From Felis catus (lineage: Eukaryota): a DNA stretch of 64,000 bases. Positions 38,719 through 50,868 of this stretch are shown piece by piece (the stretch's first letter is position 1; every line of letters begins with the position of its first letter). The translations under genes were made by a program, and so were the position numbers. The notes under the pieces were generated by a model that saw only the letters and a list, made by a program, of their open reading frames with translations, was not told the DNA's origin and did not search any database. The stretch spans positions 116,810,001 to 116,874,000 of the forward strand of contig NC_058373.1 of NCBI RefSeq assembly GCF_018350175.1. Reading direction: 5' to 3'.

Positions 38719-38927
38719 TTCTTCTTCTTCCTTCTTCTTCTTTGCAATGTCTATTTATTTTGAAAGAGAGAGACTGAGCAGGAGATGGGCAGAGAGAGAG
38801 GGAGAGAAAGAATCCCAAGCAGGCTCTGCACTGACAGTGTGGGGCTCAAACCCACAGACCGTGGGATCACGACCTGCGCCGAAATCAAGAGTCAGACGCT
38901 TAACCGGCTGAGCCACCCAGGTGCCCC
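38719..38927 (-). mobile_element. Can-SINE with (TTC)n-type tail
   Basis: Reverse-complement body ending ccacccaggtgcccc; ggccctt on both flanks. Confidence 0.93.
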
Positions 38928-38972
38928 ACTGTGGGCCCTTAATCTGAACCCACCCGCACTGCTGATGTTCTC

Positions 38973-39880
38973 CTTCATTCCACAAACATGTATTAAGCAG
39001 TCAGAGCTGTAAAGATAAGGAAGTCTCAGTCCTGCCCCTTAAGAAGCAAATCTAGTTGTGGAGATAGACACACATAAAACTGTGCTAAAGGTTGTGCTAT
39101 GTAATGGTGCAAAGAACAGACCATGTGGGACTCAAGGAGGTTCTAATTAATCTGTGAATTCAGGGATATGATGTTGGAATGAAGCCTCAGAGAAAAAGGA
39201 CATTATGTAAGAAAGGGGAAAGAGAGGCAGAGAGGGCAAGATGAGTAAAGGTATGCATTTGGTAGCTGAGTTTGAGAATAGGGGCACACTGAATGTGTCT
39301 AGAATGTAGGGTGCAGGGAGACAGGAAGAGGGCATGGAGAGGGGAAGGGACTTGAACAAGACGGTCCAAGGCCTGGAAGAGGGGGCCAGACATTCGGTGG
39401 TCTATTCTGTAGGCAAAGGGAAGCTATGGAGAAGCATGTGGGATGGCTTCAGATGGGGTGAGCAGAGCCTAGACTTTGAAGACCAGTTAGGGCCCAGGTG
39501 TGCTGATCCAGGCTAGAGATGAGGGAGTTTGGAGGACAATCAGCAGGTTGAAGACCAGTTAACTTCTTAGTCTGTGTGTTGTCCAGACCAGCACCCAGGG
39601 TGCCTGACACACAGCTTCTACTCATCAAAAGTTGAACTTAATTAGAGGAGTTGACATGGAAGATGAGGAAAGGGACGGGGGAGATGGTTTCAAGGTGTTC
39701 AGCCTGAGATAACAAATACAGGAGGAGCAGGTTTCGAGGGCTGGGCGGGGGAATGGAAAAACCTGTTAGGTTTGATGAGGTTTAATTTGAGCTGCTATCG
39801 AGGCTGTTCAGTGGAGATGTCTAGGAGACAGCTGGAGATTCTGGGTTTGTGGCAGAGCGGAGAGATCTGGATTCTCAAGT
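38973..39880 (-). mobile_element. Degraded L2 fragments
   Basis: Starts ttcattccacaaacatgtattaagc (reverse L2 end), followed by purine-rich L2-like text. Confidence 0.55.
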
Positions 39881-41143
39881 CAGACCCGCCTCTTGGGTAT
39901 AGAAGGATTTGAGAGTTATAATTTCAGCATCTGTCCTCATCCTTTCTCTGTGAGAAAAGCTTCTCGTTGGGATTCTGTTAACCCCTCTGTCAACTTCCCG
40001 AACCTGAAACCCTATTCTGCCCTGCTCCAGAAGGCACACAGGTTCGCTGTTGGAAAATTCTGGGTTTCAGTGGATCGGGTTCCATCGCCAGGCTTCAGAA
40101 CTTTAGTTTGGGGAAAAAGATGGCTTTTGATGTGAAAGCATTGACCGTGCAGACCCATTGCAAGCTGTCCTGGTAAGAAAAGAAAACCCGGCCTGCTCTG
40201 GGGGACGCGAGTCTTTTAACACTGAGCGGTGGATTTACAACCAAGAGGCTTGGCTTACCGAACGAGTGACTTCGATTCCTCTCACTCCGCTCTTGCACAG
40301 AAGTGACCTGCCCTGCCACAGGAGTCGAGGGATTTGTGCCAGCGTTCCCTCTGAACCAAAACATCAGTAGGAAGATGTAGGTTACCCCCAGTCACAGGTG
40401 CCAGCTTCACTTACTGATGTCCCCGGGGTTGCCCTATTATCTGCTGGAACAGAGGAGGCAAAGGACAAAGTCTGTGTCTGTCCTGATGACAGAGCTCTGG
40501 TTTCTGTCCCCAGAGCCAGTCAGCAGGGTGACCATCTGCAGAGCACACACCTCTGCTGGGACATCGCAGAAGTTCAACAACTGACGTTCTAGGCATTTTT
40601 GTTGTTGTTGTTGGAGGTTTTTATATGGTGATGCTCAGCCACATTTACAAATACCAAATAGCAAAATCTGAATATTCATTCCAGACTTGGAGTAACAACA
40701 CCCCAAGACAAAGACGCGGAGAACGCACCGGTCTCAGTGTGGTCCTTGACTCTGGGAGAACCAGTGTGAAAAATTGGAATTAATTGCTATGTTAATGTCA
40801 CTGGGGCTCAGTTATCCTCTGCACTGCCATTCTAGGACACTGCACGATCAATTCAACCCAATGAATTTTGGCAGCTTTTGGAAACATACATGTTGTTTTT
40901 CTCCCATTATTTTTGATGTCCCCTCACCCCACACCACCCCCCCCCCACCTTCAAAGCCATTTTCCAGCTGTTCCTAAGGGAGTAGTTTTATGGAGAAGTT
41001 TCTTTTGTAGGCTTCCAGCTGGCCTCATTTTCACTATCTCCATGAAGTCGCTTTCTCTGTCGCATTGGTAGGATATTATCCATGGTGCATTGCCTTGGGA
41101 CTTCCCCTTGGACTGACTGCATATTTTTGGTTTGCTCTCGCAG

Positions 41144-41293
41144 GCTGTCTCCTGGCTCAGACATCTACGTGACGGTCTCCTCCATGGCCCTCGCGAGGTC
41201 CCAGCAGTGCCGGAACTCCCCTAGCAACCTGTCTTCATCCAGCGAGACGGGCTCTGGCGGAGGCACTTACCGGCAGAAGTCCATGCCCGAAGG
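41144..41293 (+). CDS. SIPA1L1: SIPA1L1 exon F (150 nt): [29 protein letters not shown]...QKSMPE
   Basis: ctctcgcag| acceptor, gg|gtaggt donor; symmetric phase 2-2. Confidence 0.95.
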
Positions 41294-43894
41294 GTAGGTG
41301 TGCCCTTGCACCTCCACACGCCCCCTGCCCCCCATCGCTGCCTTTCACCTGTGACTCAGACGTGCCTTGACCCATCTACAAAGGAGGAGCCAAAGGGGGA
41401 ATGCGGTCAATATTTCAGATAGAAGATGTTTTAATGTCTGCTTCAAACCACTTCTCAGGAAGTGGTTTCTTCATCCTTCTCTAGCCTCCGAGGCCCCCGA
41501 AACAAAGAAATCAGACTGCATCACTTTCTGCAGTCGCGTGCACTGTCCTAGTCTTACGGCACAGATTTTGTCACTTCCTCTGAAGCACACTCGGGAGCGT
41601 GCTTCTTGCACTGGCTGGAGTTTGTGTGGCTGTTAGAGTAGGGGGAACCATCATCCTGTTCGAAACTTAAAATTATTTTTCTCACACTTTCAAAGGCTTC
41701 TGCAATCTCGGCCTGTGGTTGGTTGTTGTTTCTCATCTCTTTCGAAAACACGAAACACCCAAAGGTAACTGTTTGCCTTTGACAAGACATACAGACTGAA
41801 GGCTAAATGTACCTGATTTGAGAGGCTACTAAAAAGAAAGGAAAACAAAAACAAAAACAGACCCCAACCGACTAGAAGTTGGGAAGTAATTAGCAGCAAA
41901 ATGTTACGTGACCCACACATGCCACCTTTGCCCAGAGCAAGAGTCAAAGAACTGTCAGAGACTTCCTGCTGGGGTGTCTCTCTGGGGAGGTTGATGGAGA
42001 ACTCAAAACCATTTGAAAATCAAATGTGAGGCATTTATAAAAACCCATGTTTCTATTCTGAGTTTTCCCCCAAATACATTTTTAACGAACGCACACATGA
42101 TTTGGTTACTTTTTTGAGATTTTTCCATGTTACAAAATAGTTAGGCTTACTAAGAATACCTTCATAATGGGTATTTTTTTTATCCTATAGCATTTTGTTG
42201 GTTTTTACAGCTATTAAGTGTGATTTTTTTTGTTGTTGATGCTAAATACTTATATTAGAAGAAAGTAGGTAATAAAACCACTACACAATATGCTTGCCCC
42301 TCCTGCATCGCGGGGTCCTCCGCAAGATTCCCTGGGTAGTGTATCTAAAATGCACATGTCTTCTCTTATTTACTTCAGTGACAATTAGAAAAAAAAATGA
42401 ATCTCTTATTCATGAGTTCCTGCAAAAGGTTTTATGAGTTAAGTATTATTATCATTACCATACCGCACGTCCTAACCAATTATTCCTTGTTTCAATTAGT
42501 AGAATTTAAATGGCCTGCTTTTCCTTCAAAAATAAGAACCCGCTGCAACTTTAGTGTTAGTACAACAATAAAATATAAATGAGCTCACAACAACAACAAA
42601 AGCAGTTTTCTTATGACTGGGGTACGCTTTAAACGTATACCAAAAATGTAAGCCGAAACCTTAGTGTTTTGGTGAATATTAAATGTCAGGAACATGGTTC
42701 CAGTGCCCACCCTACACATTGTTTTCAGTAAGGTGGTAATTCTTCAACCTGATGTGTGACACTAACCCGACTGTAGGTGGTGGTGAGGAATTTTCCCTTG
42801 TTTGTGAGGTTACCCATGATATTTGCCATACTGTATAACATCTTTTTTACCTGGGGTGATCTTTGACGAGAAGGTAATGATACGGTTCTTTAGTCTGGAT
42901 CCCCGGCAGTTTTTGCATATATCAGTGACCCAAGAGACTGTCCATTGTCTGATTCACATGCACTGCCCGTGGGCCAGGTTGGATTCTAAAGTCACTCTTA
43001 TCAAGAGAAAGATGATCACATCTACTCTACAACTTAGCCCAGTAAAAATAGGGGTGTACGAGTTGACCATGAGGCAGGAGTGTATGTAGCCTGCTGCAAA
43101 CCCATTAATACTAAACTTCAAGAAGCAAGCTCAGAAGCGTGGAGTAACACCAGTACATCAGATCAGTACACAGTGGTTGCCCACAAGTGTGATCTGCTCA
43201 CTTGTCCTCTTCCCTCCGCTTCCGTGGGCCCAGTGTCTGCCTGTGTGCAGGGCGTGCCTGCCCACTCCCTGGTGTGGGGGTACTGAGACCACCCAGATCA
43301 GCTGAGAGGTAACAGGGTGACTAGTAATGCCCACTGCACTTGCATGTGGGGGAGAAAGCACCTGCACCAGTTTGGTATGGAAACGAGAGATAGGTAGGAA
43401 ACAACACTGTTGAAAAGACATAGGGTCTATTCTACCATCCTTGGAGATGTATTTTCGGGCCACACGCTCTGAGCAATGTTGATGAGGCAGATCGTGGCAG
43501 AGGGAGGGATGACCTGGGTAAATGGAAGAGCTTGGAGATCACGGTGGGAAGCATAACTGAGGATGTACAGCCTGAAGGCGAGAAGCAGAGACAGAGGTAG
43601 GCAGGCCACTACAGCTTTCTTCCAGCACTCTTACATGGGGGAGGAAGCTTGTCCATGAAGGCACCTGAGACCAGTAAAAGTTGTAGAGAAGAAGTTTCCA
43701 GCCCATGATGAGGACAGGCTGTGAGCCTGCTCTGGAGAGCCATGGACCAGCTCGTGAGTTAGAGTTCGTGGTCACTGAATGTGCCTCAAGTATCAGCCAG
43801 ATGATACATGCTTTTCAAGGCAGGATTTAAGGACAGCCTTACTTTGTCATTCGTTTAAAACCAGACAGCCAGATTTAAAAAAATAATAATAATA

Positions 43895-44101
43895 GGGGCG
43901 CCTGGGTGGTTCAGTCAGGTAAGCTTCCAACTTAGGCTCAGGTCATGATCTTGTGGTTCGTGAGTTCGAGCCCCACGTCGGGCTCAGAGCCTGGAGACTG
44001 CTTCTGATTCTGTGTCCCCCTCTCTCTCTGCCCCTCCTCTGCTCGTGCTCTCTCTCTCTCTCAAAAATAAACATTAAATAAATACATACATACATACATA
44101 C
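43895..44101 (+). mobile_element. Can-SINE (SINEC_Fc-like) with (TACA)n tail
   Basis: ggggcgcctgggtggttcagtc head, (CT)n, tail. Confidence 0.94.
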
Positions 44102-45760
44102 AACCAGATGGCCAGAAAAGCATTTGACTTTAAATCCAGAGGTTTTAAGAGTTGTCTTTAGTTTCCACTGCTACCAAAAAGGAAGAACAAGATTAGAATT
44201 CATATTTAACTTTTATCTCTGTGCTTTTGTGGACATGTCTTCATTTATTGAAAATTTAGAATAAAATCATAGGGCCAGTTGGAAGATATGAGCTTAATAA
44301 GGACCCTACTTAGGGAGGAGATGGCAAAGATCATAATTAGTGACTCGTCCCCACCACCCTTTGCTGTTATTGTTAATGAAAATAAGCATTATTGCATCAA
44401 ATAATAAATACATACAAAGATGCAAACAGTTCTAGCCATTTTCTTCCAGCTTACAGGAAAGGCAGAACTGAAATCCACACACAGTCTTTGTAGGAACCAC
44501 TCCTCCCCCCCTTTTTTTATTAAATGAGCACCTTTTGCTGAAATTTTCATAAATCAAGTTTCTTGTTTAACATAATGGAGGTAACTTTGTTTAGCAAGGC
44601 TTATGACTGAGTCTGTAAACAATGGTCATTGTGCAGAAGTAGCTAGGAGGAGGTTATAGCGGGTTAATGTTACAGCCTTCTCTGCTTCGCAAATGCTTTT
44701 ATATAGGTCCTTCTCCCCAGATCCATATAATGGAACTGCCATTTAACAAATAAATCGAGACTTTGGGTGGGGGGCTGGAACTCAGATCCAGGCCTCCCTC
44801 CTCCTTGTCTCTTTCTCTTACAGTGTATAACTTGCTAGTTCTCTCCATGTGTTTATCAGTCTGTGGCAAATAAGACACGTATTGTGAGCATCCGTCATTC
44901 CAGGCTGTTAATCTTCTATCATATTGATTACTCATAAGCTCATTAGTAACCACACACAAATTTATAAATGTCCACGTAAGTCCTTGAATTTTACATTCTC
45001 AGCCTTTTTTCCTGGGCTCAGTCGGTATTTACTTTGCCGATATTGCTAATCAAGGCATATGCTTTAATTAGGCACATATTATTATTCTGCACAGGGCAAA
45101 ATAAAACTGGCTCATGAAATAGTTAACTGTTCTTTCCAGAAATAGACATTTGCCTTTATGTATGCCAGTTTACCTACTTCCAAATTGCCCTTCCCAAAAG
45201 GCAATTTAAAATAGATACAATTCAGAAGTGGTCACTCTGTAACGTAAACGATAGTCGTCTTTGTCTTTCAGACCTTAGAGCAAATGCTCAGAAAATACTT
45301 GTTCCAGGAATGAATGACTTAGTGACTTAGCAGCTCACTGAGTTCAGAGAAACCCCTGACATATTCCACTTAGAAGATGTCCACGGAACATTAGGACTGG
45401 GAAGCCTTTCCCTTGCCTGTGAATGACAGTCCAAGCTTGGCTACACGTGGGCTAGAAAATTTGGGTTTCCTATTCTATATTTCTTAGGTTAGCTCGATGC
45501 TAACGTCTCCTGCCCTTGTTTGCAGTGTATATACCGAGCATACGTACCTTTCTTAAACAGAGTGATGTATGTTGACCGTAACACACACGGCTCCGGCCCC
45601 TGAGTACGCGTGCATAAGCCTGAGTGTACAAATGCCAACACGTAAGCAAAACTGGTAGTGCCTGTCACTAGAATTCAGTTCATTACACCCAGGACTGTCT
45701 TCCCCTGATGGCTGAGGTCCCTGATGTCGTCTTTGCCTTTGTTTGGGGGAATTGCCACAG

Positions 45761-45885
45761 GTTTGGAGTAAGCCGCAGATCCCCAGCCTCCATCGACAGG
45801 CAGAACACCCAGTCAGATATTGGTGGCAGCGGGAAATCTACACCCAGCTGGCAAAGAAGTGAGGATAGCATTGCTGACCAGATGG
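45761..45885 (+). CDS. SIPA1L1: SIPA1L1 exon G (125 nt): [41 protein letters not shown]
   Basis: ccacag| acceptor, atgg|gtaagt donor; phase 2 in, phase 1 out. Confidence 0.95.
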
Positions 45886-48139
45886 GTAAGTGACTAACTC
45901 CTCCAAGAAGCAAGTTGCTATTACACCGAGGCGACTTTGGCCACCTCTTGATGACGTCCTTAAAGCATTCCGTGGTAGAAGACAGCCTTGGTTAACAAAT
46001 GTGATTGAGAACTAAGTGTCAGTTCGATTATGTATAAGTGAGGGCAGCAAATAAGATGTGAGAGGAAAGTCTAGGAATTCTAAGTGGCCCCCAGTTTAAA
46101 AATAGAAAGGACATAAGAATTACTTTCAGCACCGAGATTAAAATGCCAGACTGCCAAACCACATGTGTCCTAAGCATCTCCCTCGACCCTTGCTTGTTTG
46201 TTTGTTTTCGCCTAGTATAAGTGCCCTTAGAGACTCGTTGGTATTCTTGATGTCAAGTTAAAAAAAAAAAAAAAAAAAACTGTACCAAGTGGGAAAGAGA
46301 TGGAATTGTTGTTCAGTCACATATGTAGCTTGGTTAGGATCTCTCTCCTCCCTCCTGTGGTATCCACCACCCCACCCCGCCCGGTCTCTGCTATTAAGCT
46401 GTCAGCTGAGGACATGTCTTAGCAGCATAAAACAGCTGGATGGGAAAGATGTGCATTAGTGAGGCTTCATTTGGATTTCTGGCACAGCCCTTTCTCTCCC
46501 TACATGCAGTTGTTCTACGGGGACACTGGAACACTAGTTGCTGCAACAAAATTTTCCCATGAAATAAGACTGAGTTTCAAAACAGTAGCCAGGGAGTTAG
46601 CCTCAGTACAGCTGGTACATCAGGGACTTGAATCTAGACCGTTGGGTGGGCTTTTTTCCCCCCTTTATCTTATCTCTAGTAGCATTACCATCAGTGTGGG
46701 GTAAAAAGAAGTGAATTTCAGGGCTGAAAAGGGTAAACTTTTAAGGCAAAGACCCATCTTTTTATCTTTGCAAACACATTGTTTGTTCTGTTTTAATGAC
46801 TATTCCCCGTAAATACACTGACCGTCATCGTCATCGTAGAAAGGAATGAAGACATATTTAGCTAAGATAGGAACTGAGGAAGAGAAATGTAATTCTCAGG
46901 TTCTGAGATCTGCTTTGTTCCAGTAACTTCAGTGAGATGTGCCTTGTTACTGAAGCCATCTGTCATTACCCACTCTCACGGCACCCACCCCCACCACACA
47001 AAACCTGAGCATTTTCCGATCTGCTGCTCCGCTCTTGACAGAATGTTTTTAATCCCATATGTTTTGATACTGTTGAGATGGTAACGACACATGTGGAAAG
47101 GATCCCTGCTTCAACATGACTTTAGCAGCTTTTTTTGGCTCCTAGTGCAGGCTTTGAACAAAGCTGCCAGCAAGCCCTTTGTGCAACGTTCAGTGCCACA
47201 CTTCCCACTCATGTGAAGTCATATGGGGAATGAAAAGGTATCTTGGGACTGGAAAGGGTAATTATGAGGCTCGTCCTAGACCTGTATTCATTCGCTCACA
47301 TAAACCTCCCTCCAGTCTTTTCTTCCTTGCATCTACTTTGTTTTGGTGGCATCCCACTCTTAATAGATAAGGCTCTGAAATTAATATCAGTGAATCTAAT
47401 GAATCTTTTCAACACATTGTTCCATCCTGTTAGTAAGATTTGACTGTGGTAAGATACCCCAGAACCTGCCAGAGAAACCTTTACACCAACTGGTGGCCTT
47501 TCACCGTCCAATACCGAAGGCTTCCAATAAAATGTTAGAATAAATTTTTTCTAATTTTTTACGTTCCACGATTCCAGAGGAATAACCTAGCTTTCTCGAA
47601 TTGGCACGTCAGATGGAATCTGGGGCTTGGTTGGTATAACCCATGCCAGGGAGAAATCAAGAAAAACAATTATTCTGTTCTCATTACTCAGCGTACTCTA
47701 TTGAGTGTATAAAGGGCCGACCTTGTAAGAACAAAATGCCGTAACGACTTTCAGGTCACTGATTGAAAAGGCTGAGGAGATTCTCATTTGCTAGCAGACC
47801 TACCTGTCTTTGTACATCAGTGTGTTACAAACTGGTACCCCAGTGGAGAGGAGGAGTTGAGCTTAATTGGCACACCCATCTCAGTAGATTTCATTTCTCT
47901 GCCTCTGCTTTTGGAAATGGTTGAGAGTCAGAGTCATAGAGTATGTTGCCCAGTCCTTTACGTTTAGCAATGGTGCTGCAGAAGTCCAGAATTGTTGCTG
48001 TTAGCTACCGGTGTGTTAAAGCAGCTAAATCGCTTAGCCTTTACCTTTGGAACCCCATCTTGAACGCCAGCTTGGAGTCCAAAAGGAAGCAATTGTCTTA
48101 AGTAAACTAGTTGCTGTGTGTCTTTTCTGTTGTGCTTAG

Positions 48140-48202
48140 CTTACAGTTATAGAGGACCTCAGGATTTCAATTCTTTTGTCCTCGAGCAGCATGAATATAC
48201 AG
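48140..48202 (+). CDS. SIPA1L1: SIPA1L1 exon H (63 nt cassette): (A)[20 protein letters not shown]
   Basis: gtgcttag| acceptor, cag|gtaaaa donor; symmetric phase 1-1; matches the 21-aa segment I recall as distinguishing long and short human isoforms. Not present in the ORF track. Confidence 0.9.
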
Positions 48203-48639
48203 GTAAAATATTTCCAAAGTGTCATGGTAAGTAACACGTGATTGCATCCATGCCTGTCTAGGTAATGTAGACCAAGCTAGGTTAGCCACACTTTGCAATG
48301 AATGAATTTCATAAATTGAATCCATATATTCTCGACTTTCCCCCAGAACCAAAAGTTGATTCCTAACTTTGCCGCGTTGTTCATGGCCTTTGGTTTGGTG
48401 GTACTTGGCTATGCTAATGTGTATGACGTGACACACTGTCACCAGCTGCAAGCTTTACCCATCAGCCACTTAGTTTCTGACATGCTGTCTATCGTGTAAA
48501 CTCTCAACAAGCTTATCGCTGAAATTCAGAGTTTGCTGGTCAGTGACCTGAGAAATGCAATGGCAAGCCGTCTTCATTTGTCAACATGTGCTTGTACCTA
48601 TTTAGTGCCCGCACCGTAATGTCCTGTGCTGTATTCCAG

Positions 48640-48758
48640 AGCCAACGTGCCATCTCCCAGCAGTATCAAAGGTACTGCCAGCTTTCCGAGAGAGCCCCAG
48701 TGGGAGATTAATGCGGCAGGATCCTGTGGTCCATTTGTCTCCAAACAAACAAGGGCAT
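48640..48758 (+). CDS. SIPA1L1: SIPA1L1 exon I (119 nt): (E)[39 protein letters not shown]
   Basis: gtattccag| acceptor, cat|gtaagt donor; phase 1 in, phase 0 out. Not present in the ORF track. Confidence 0.94.
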
Positions 48759-49087
48759 GTAAGTTAACCGTCAAACGCTAAAAATGATAAGCTTCCTAGC
48801 GATGTGCCTTTTGTGCAGTGTGAAAATGGCTGTTTTCACAGTGTGCTTTGCTGTTTCTTCCACATGGTCAGAGAAGAAGTCACGTGACCCTGGTTGGGCG
48901 ATGGGTGTTTGCAGTCATGGCCCTGGAATTTCTGTTGCCAGGGGCCCTAAGGTTGCTTTGAGATTAACTCAAATTCCTCTTTGGAATGCACCTGCCACCC
49001 CCACAGACCTGGATGGAAGGCCATGTGATGCAGCACAAGCAGTCCTGAAATGTTGGGAACAGAAATGTGCTAAAAGTAGATTTTATT

Positions 49088-49310
49088 GAGGTACATGGGT
49101 GGTTCAGTCGGTTAAGCGTCAAACTTCAGCTCAGGTCATGATCTCGAGGTTCTTGAGTTCGAGCCCCACGTCGGGCTCTCTGCTGTCAGTGCAGAGCCCG
49201 CTTCAGATTCTTTGTTCCCCCCTTTCTCTGCCCCTCCCCGCTTGCGTGCACACACATGGTCTCTTTCTCTCTCAAAAATGAATAAACATTTTAGAAAATT
49301 AAAAAGAAAT
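49088..49310 (+). mobile_element. Can-SINE
   Basis: tgggtggttcagtcggttaagcgtc head; flanks aaagtagattttatt / aaagtgggttttatt. Confidence 0.92.
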
Positions 49311-49690
49311 GAAAGTGGGTTTTATTTGCTTACACAGTTGCATGCATGAGATCTGTTTGGAACATCAGTCAAGGGGATGAATAGCTTCCTGACAGCTGCC
49401 CGTCCTGCTTCTCTGGTCCTGCACACTTACACACATTTTTGTTTTACCATAGTTCTTCTTAATTCCTTATTACTTATGGGTGGAATTAAGAATAAGAGGT
49501 TTTGCTCATGTAAGTTTTGCCTTAGTAAAATGAATATGGAACTAAAGAAACAGCACATGCCTGTGCGTGGGCAAGCGCCCTGCACTGGGCTGTGGGTGAG
49601 AGATTTACTGAAGAAATGCGATGTTGTCATCACAACATGTTGTAAGTGATAAATTATCCAGTCTGTCAATTTCCTTTCCTTCATTAGCAC

Positions 49691-49915
49691 CTTTATATTG
49701 ATGACATGGTAAAATAATATTTTGGATAGATTAGGTTAGATTAAATATACTCTTAAAATTAATTTCACCTGTTTCTTTTTACTTTTTAATTGGCTACTAC
49801 AAAACTTAACATAACAAATGCGGTTCGTGTCACATTCCTATAGAAATCCGTTCTGTATTTTACACTCTTAGCACATCTCGATTTGGGCTAACCCCATTAA
49901 AAGTGCTCACACAGC
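49691..49915. mobile_element. MER33-like relic with halves in opposite orientation
   Basis: 49691-49840 reads as the reverse of the element's first half; 49842-49915 reads as the forward second half. Confidence 0.65.
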
Positions 49916-49971
49916 ACAGATCCAGAGCTAAAGAAGTTCCGCCTTACAAACATTAAAAATAAATGAGGGCC

Positions 49972-50180
49972 AGGGCACCTGGGTGACTCAGTCGGTTGAG
50001 TGTCCAACTCTTGATTTTAGGTCAGGTCATGATCTCACAGTTCGTGGGTTCGAGCCCCATGTCGGGCTCTGTGCTGATTGCATGGAGCCTGCTTCGGATT
50101 CTCTCTCTTCCCCTCTCCCTGCTCCTCCCCCACGCTCTCTCTCATTCCCTCTGTCTCTCAAAAATAAATAAATAAACATT
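49972..50180 (+). mobile_element. Can-SINE
   Basis: gggcacctgggtgactcagtcgg head; aaataaatga on both flanks. Confidence 0.94.
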
Positions 50181-50381
50181 AAATAAATGAAGACCTCATA
50201 ACATAAAAGGTCTTGTTGCAAGAAACCAGAGTGGCACCAGTTAGGTAATGGATTGGTGGGTTCTTGTTTAAGAAAGAATCTTTCCCTCTAAAGTGAAATT
50301 TCTGTGTCCTCCTCCTGCTCTTTCCGTAGCCAGTGAAGAGCATGTCCCTTTCTCGGCCATCATGCACATGCACCTGCGTGT

Positions 50382-50383
<2 letters not shown>

Positions 50384-50415
<32 letters not shown>
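50384..50415 (+). repeat. (AC)16 microsatellite
   Basis: Direct read. Confidence 0.97.
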
Positions 50416-50418
<3 letters not shown>

Positions 50419-50591
50419 TGAGCTAGTGTCTACTCTCCTCTTTTCACTTGATCTCCACCAGGTATCTGGACTTCCTGTCTCCCATCTAATTTAAAATATT
50501 ATTTTATTCAGATATATTTTGAAATCTTATTTCTTTGGTAAATTATAGAACATTCTAAGCAGCTAAGCCACTGTGTAAAGTATAGAGTTTA

Positions 50592-50868
50592 GGGGCCCTT
50601 GGGTGGCTCACTCGGTTAAATGTCTGACTCTTGATTTCGACTCAGGTCATGATCTCATAGTTTATGAAATCGAGTCCTGCATGGGGCTCTGCGCTCACAA
50701 CACGGAGCCTGCTTGGGATTCTCTGTCTCTCTCTCTCTCTCTGTCTCTCTCTCCCTCTCTCTCTGTCTCTCCCTCTCCTTCTCCCTCTCCCTCTCTCTCT
50801 CTCTGCCTCTCCTTCTCCCTCTCCCTCTCTCTCTCTCTCTCAAAATAAATAAACATTAAAGAAAAACT
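50592..50868 (+). mobile_element. Can-SINE with expanded CT-rich tract, nested in L1
   Basis: Head, ~120-bp pyrimidine tract, tail; flanks aaagtatagagttta / aaagtatacaattta. Confidence 0.94.
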
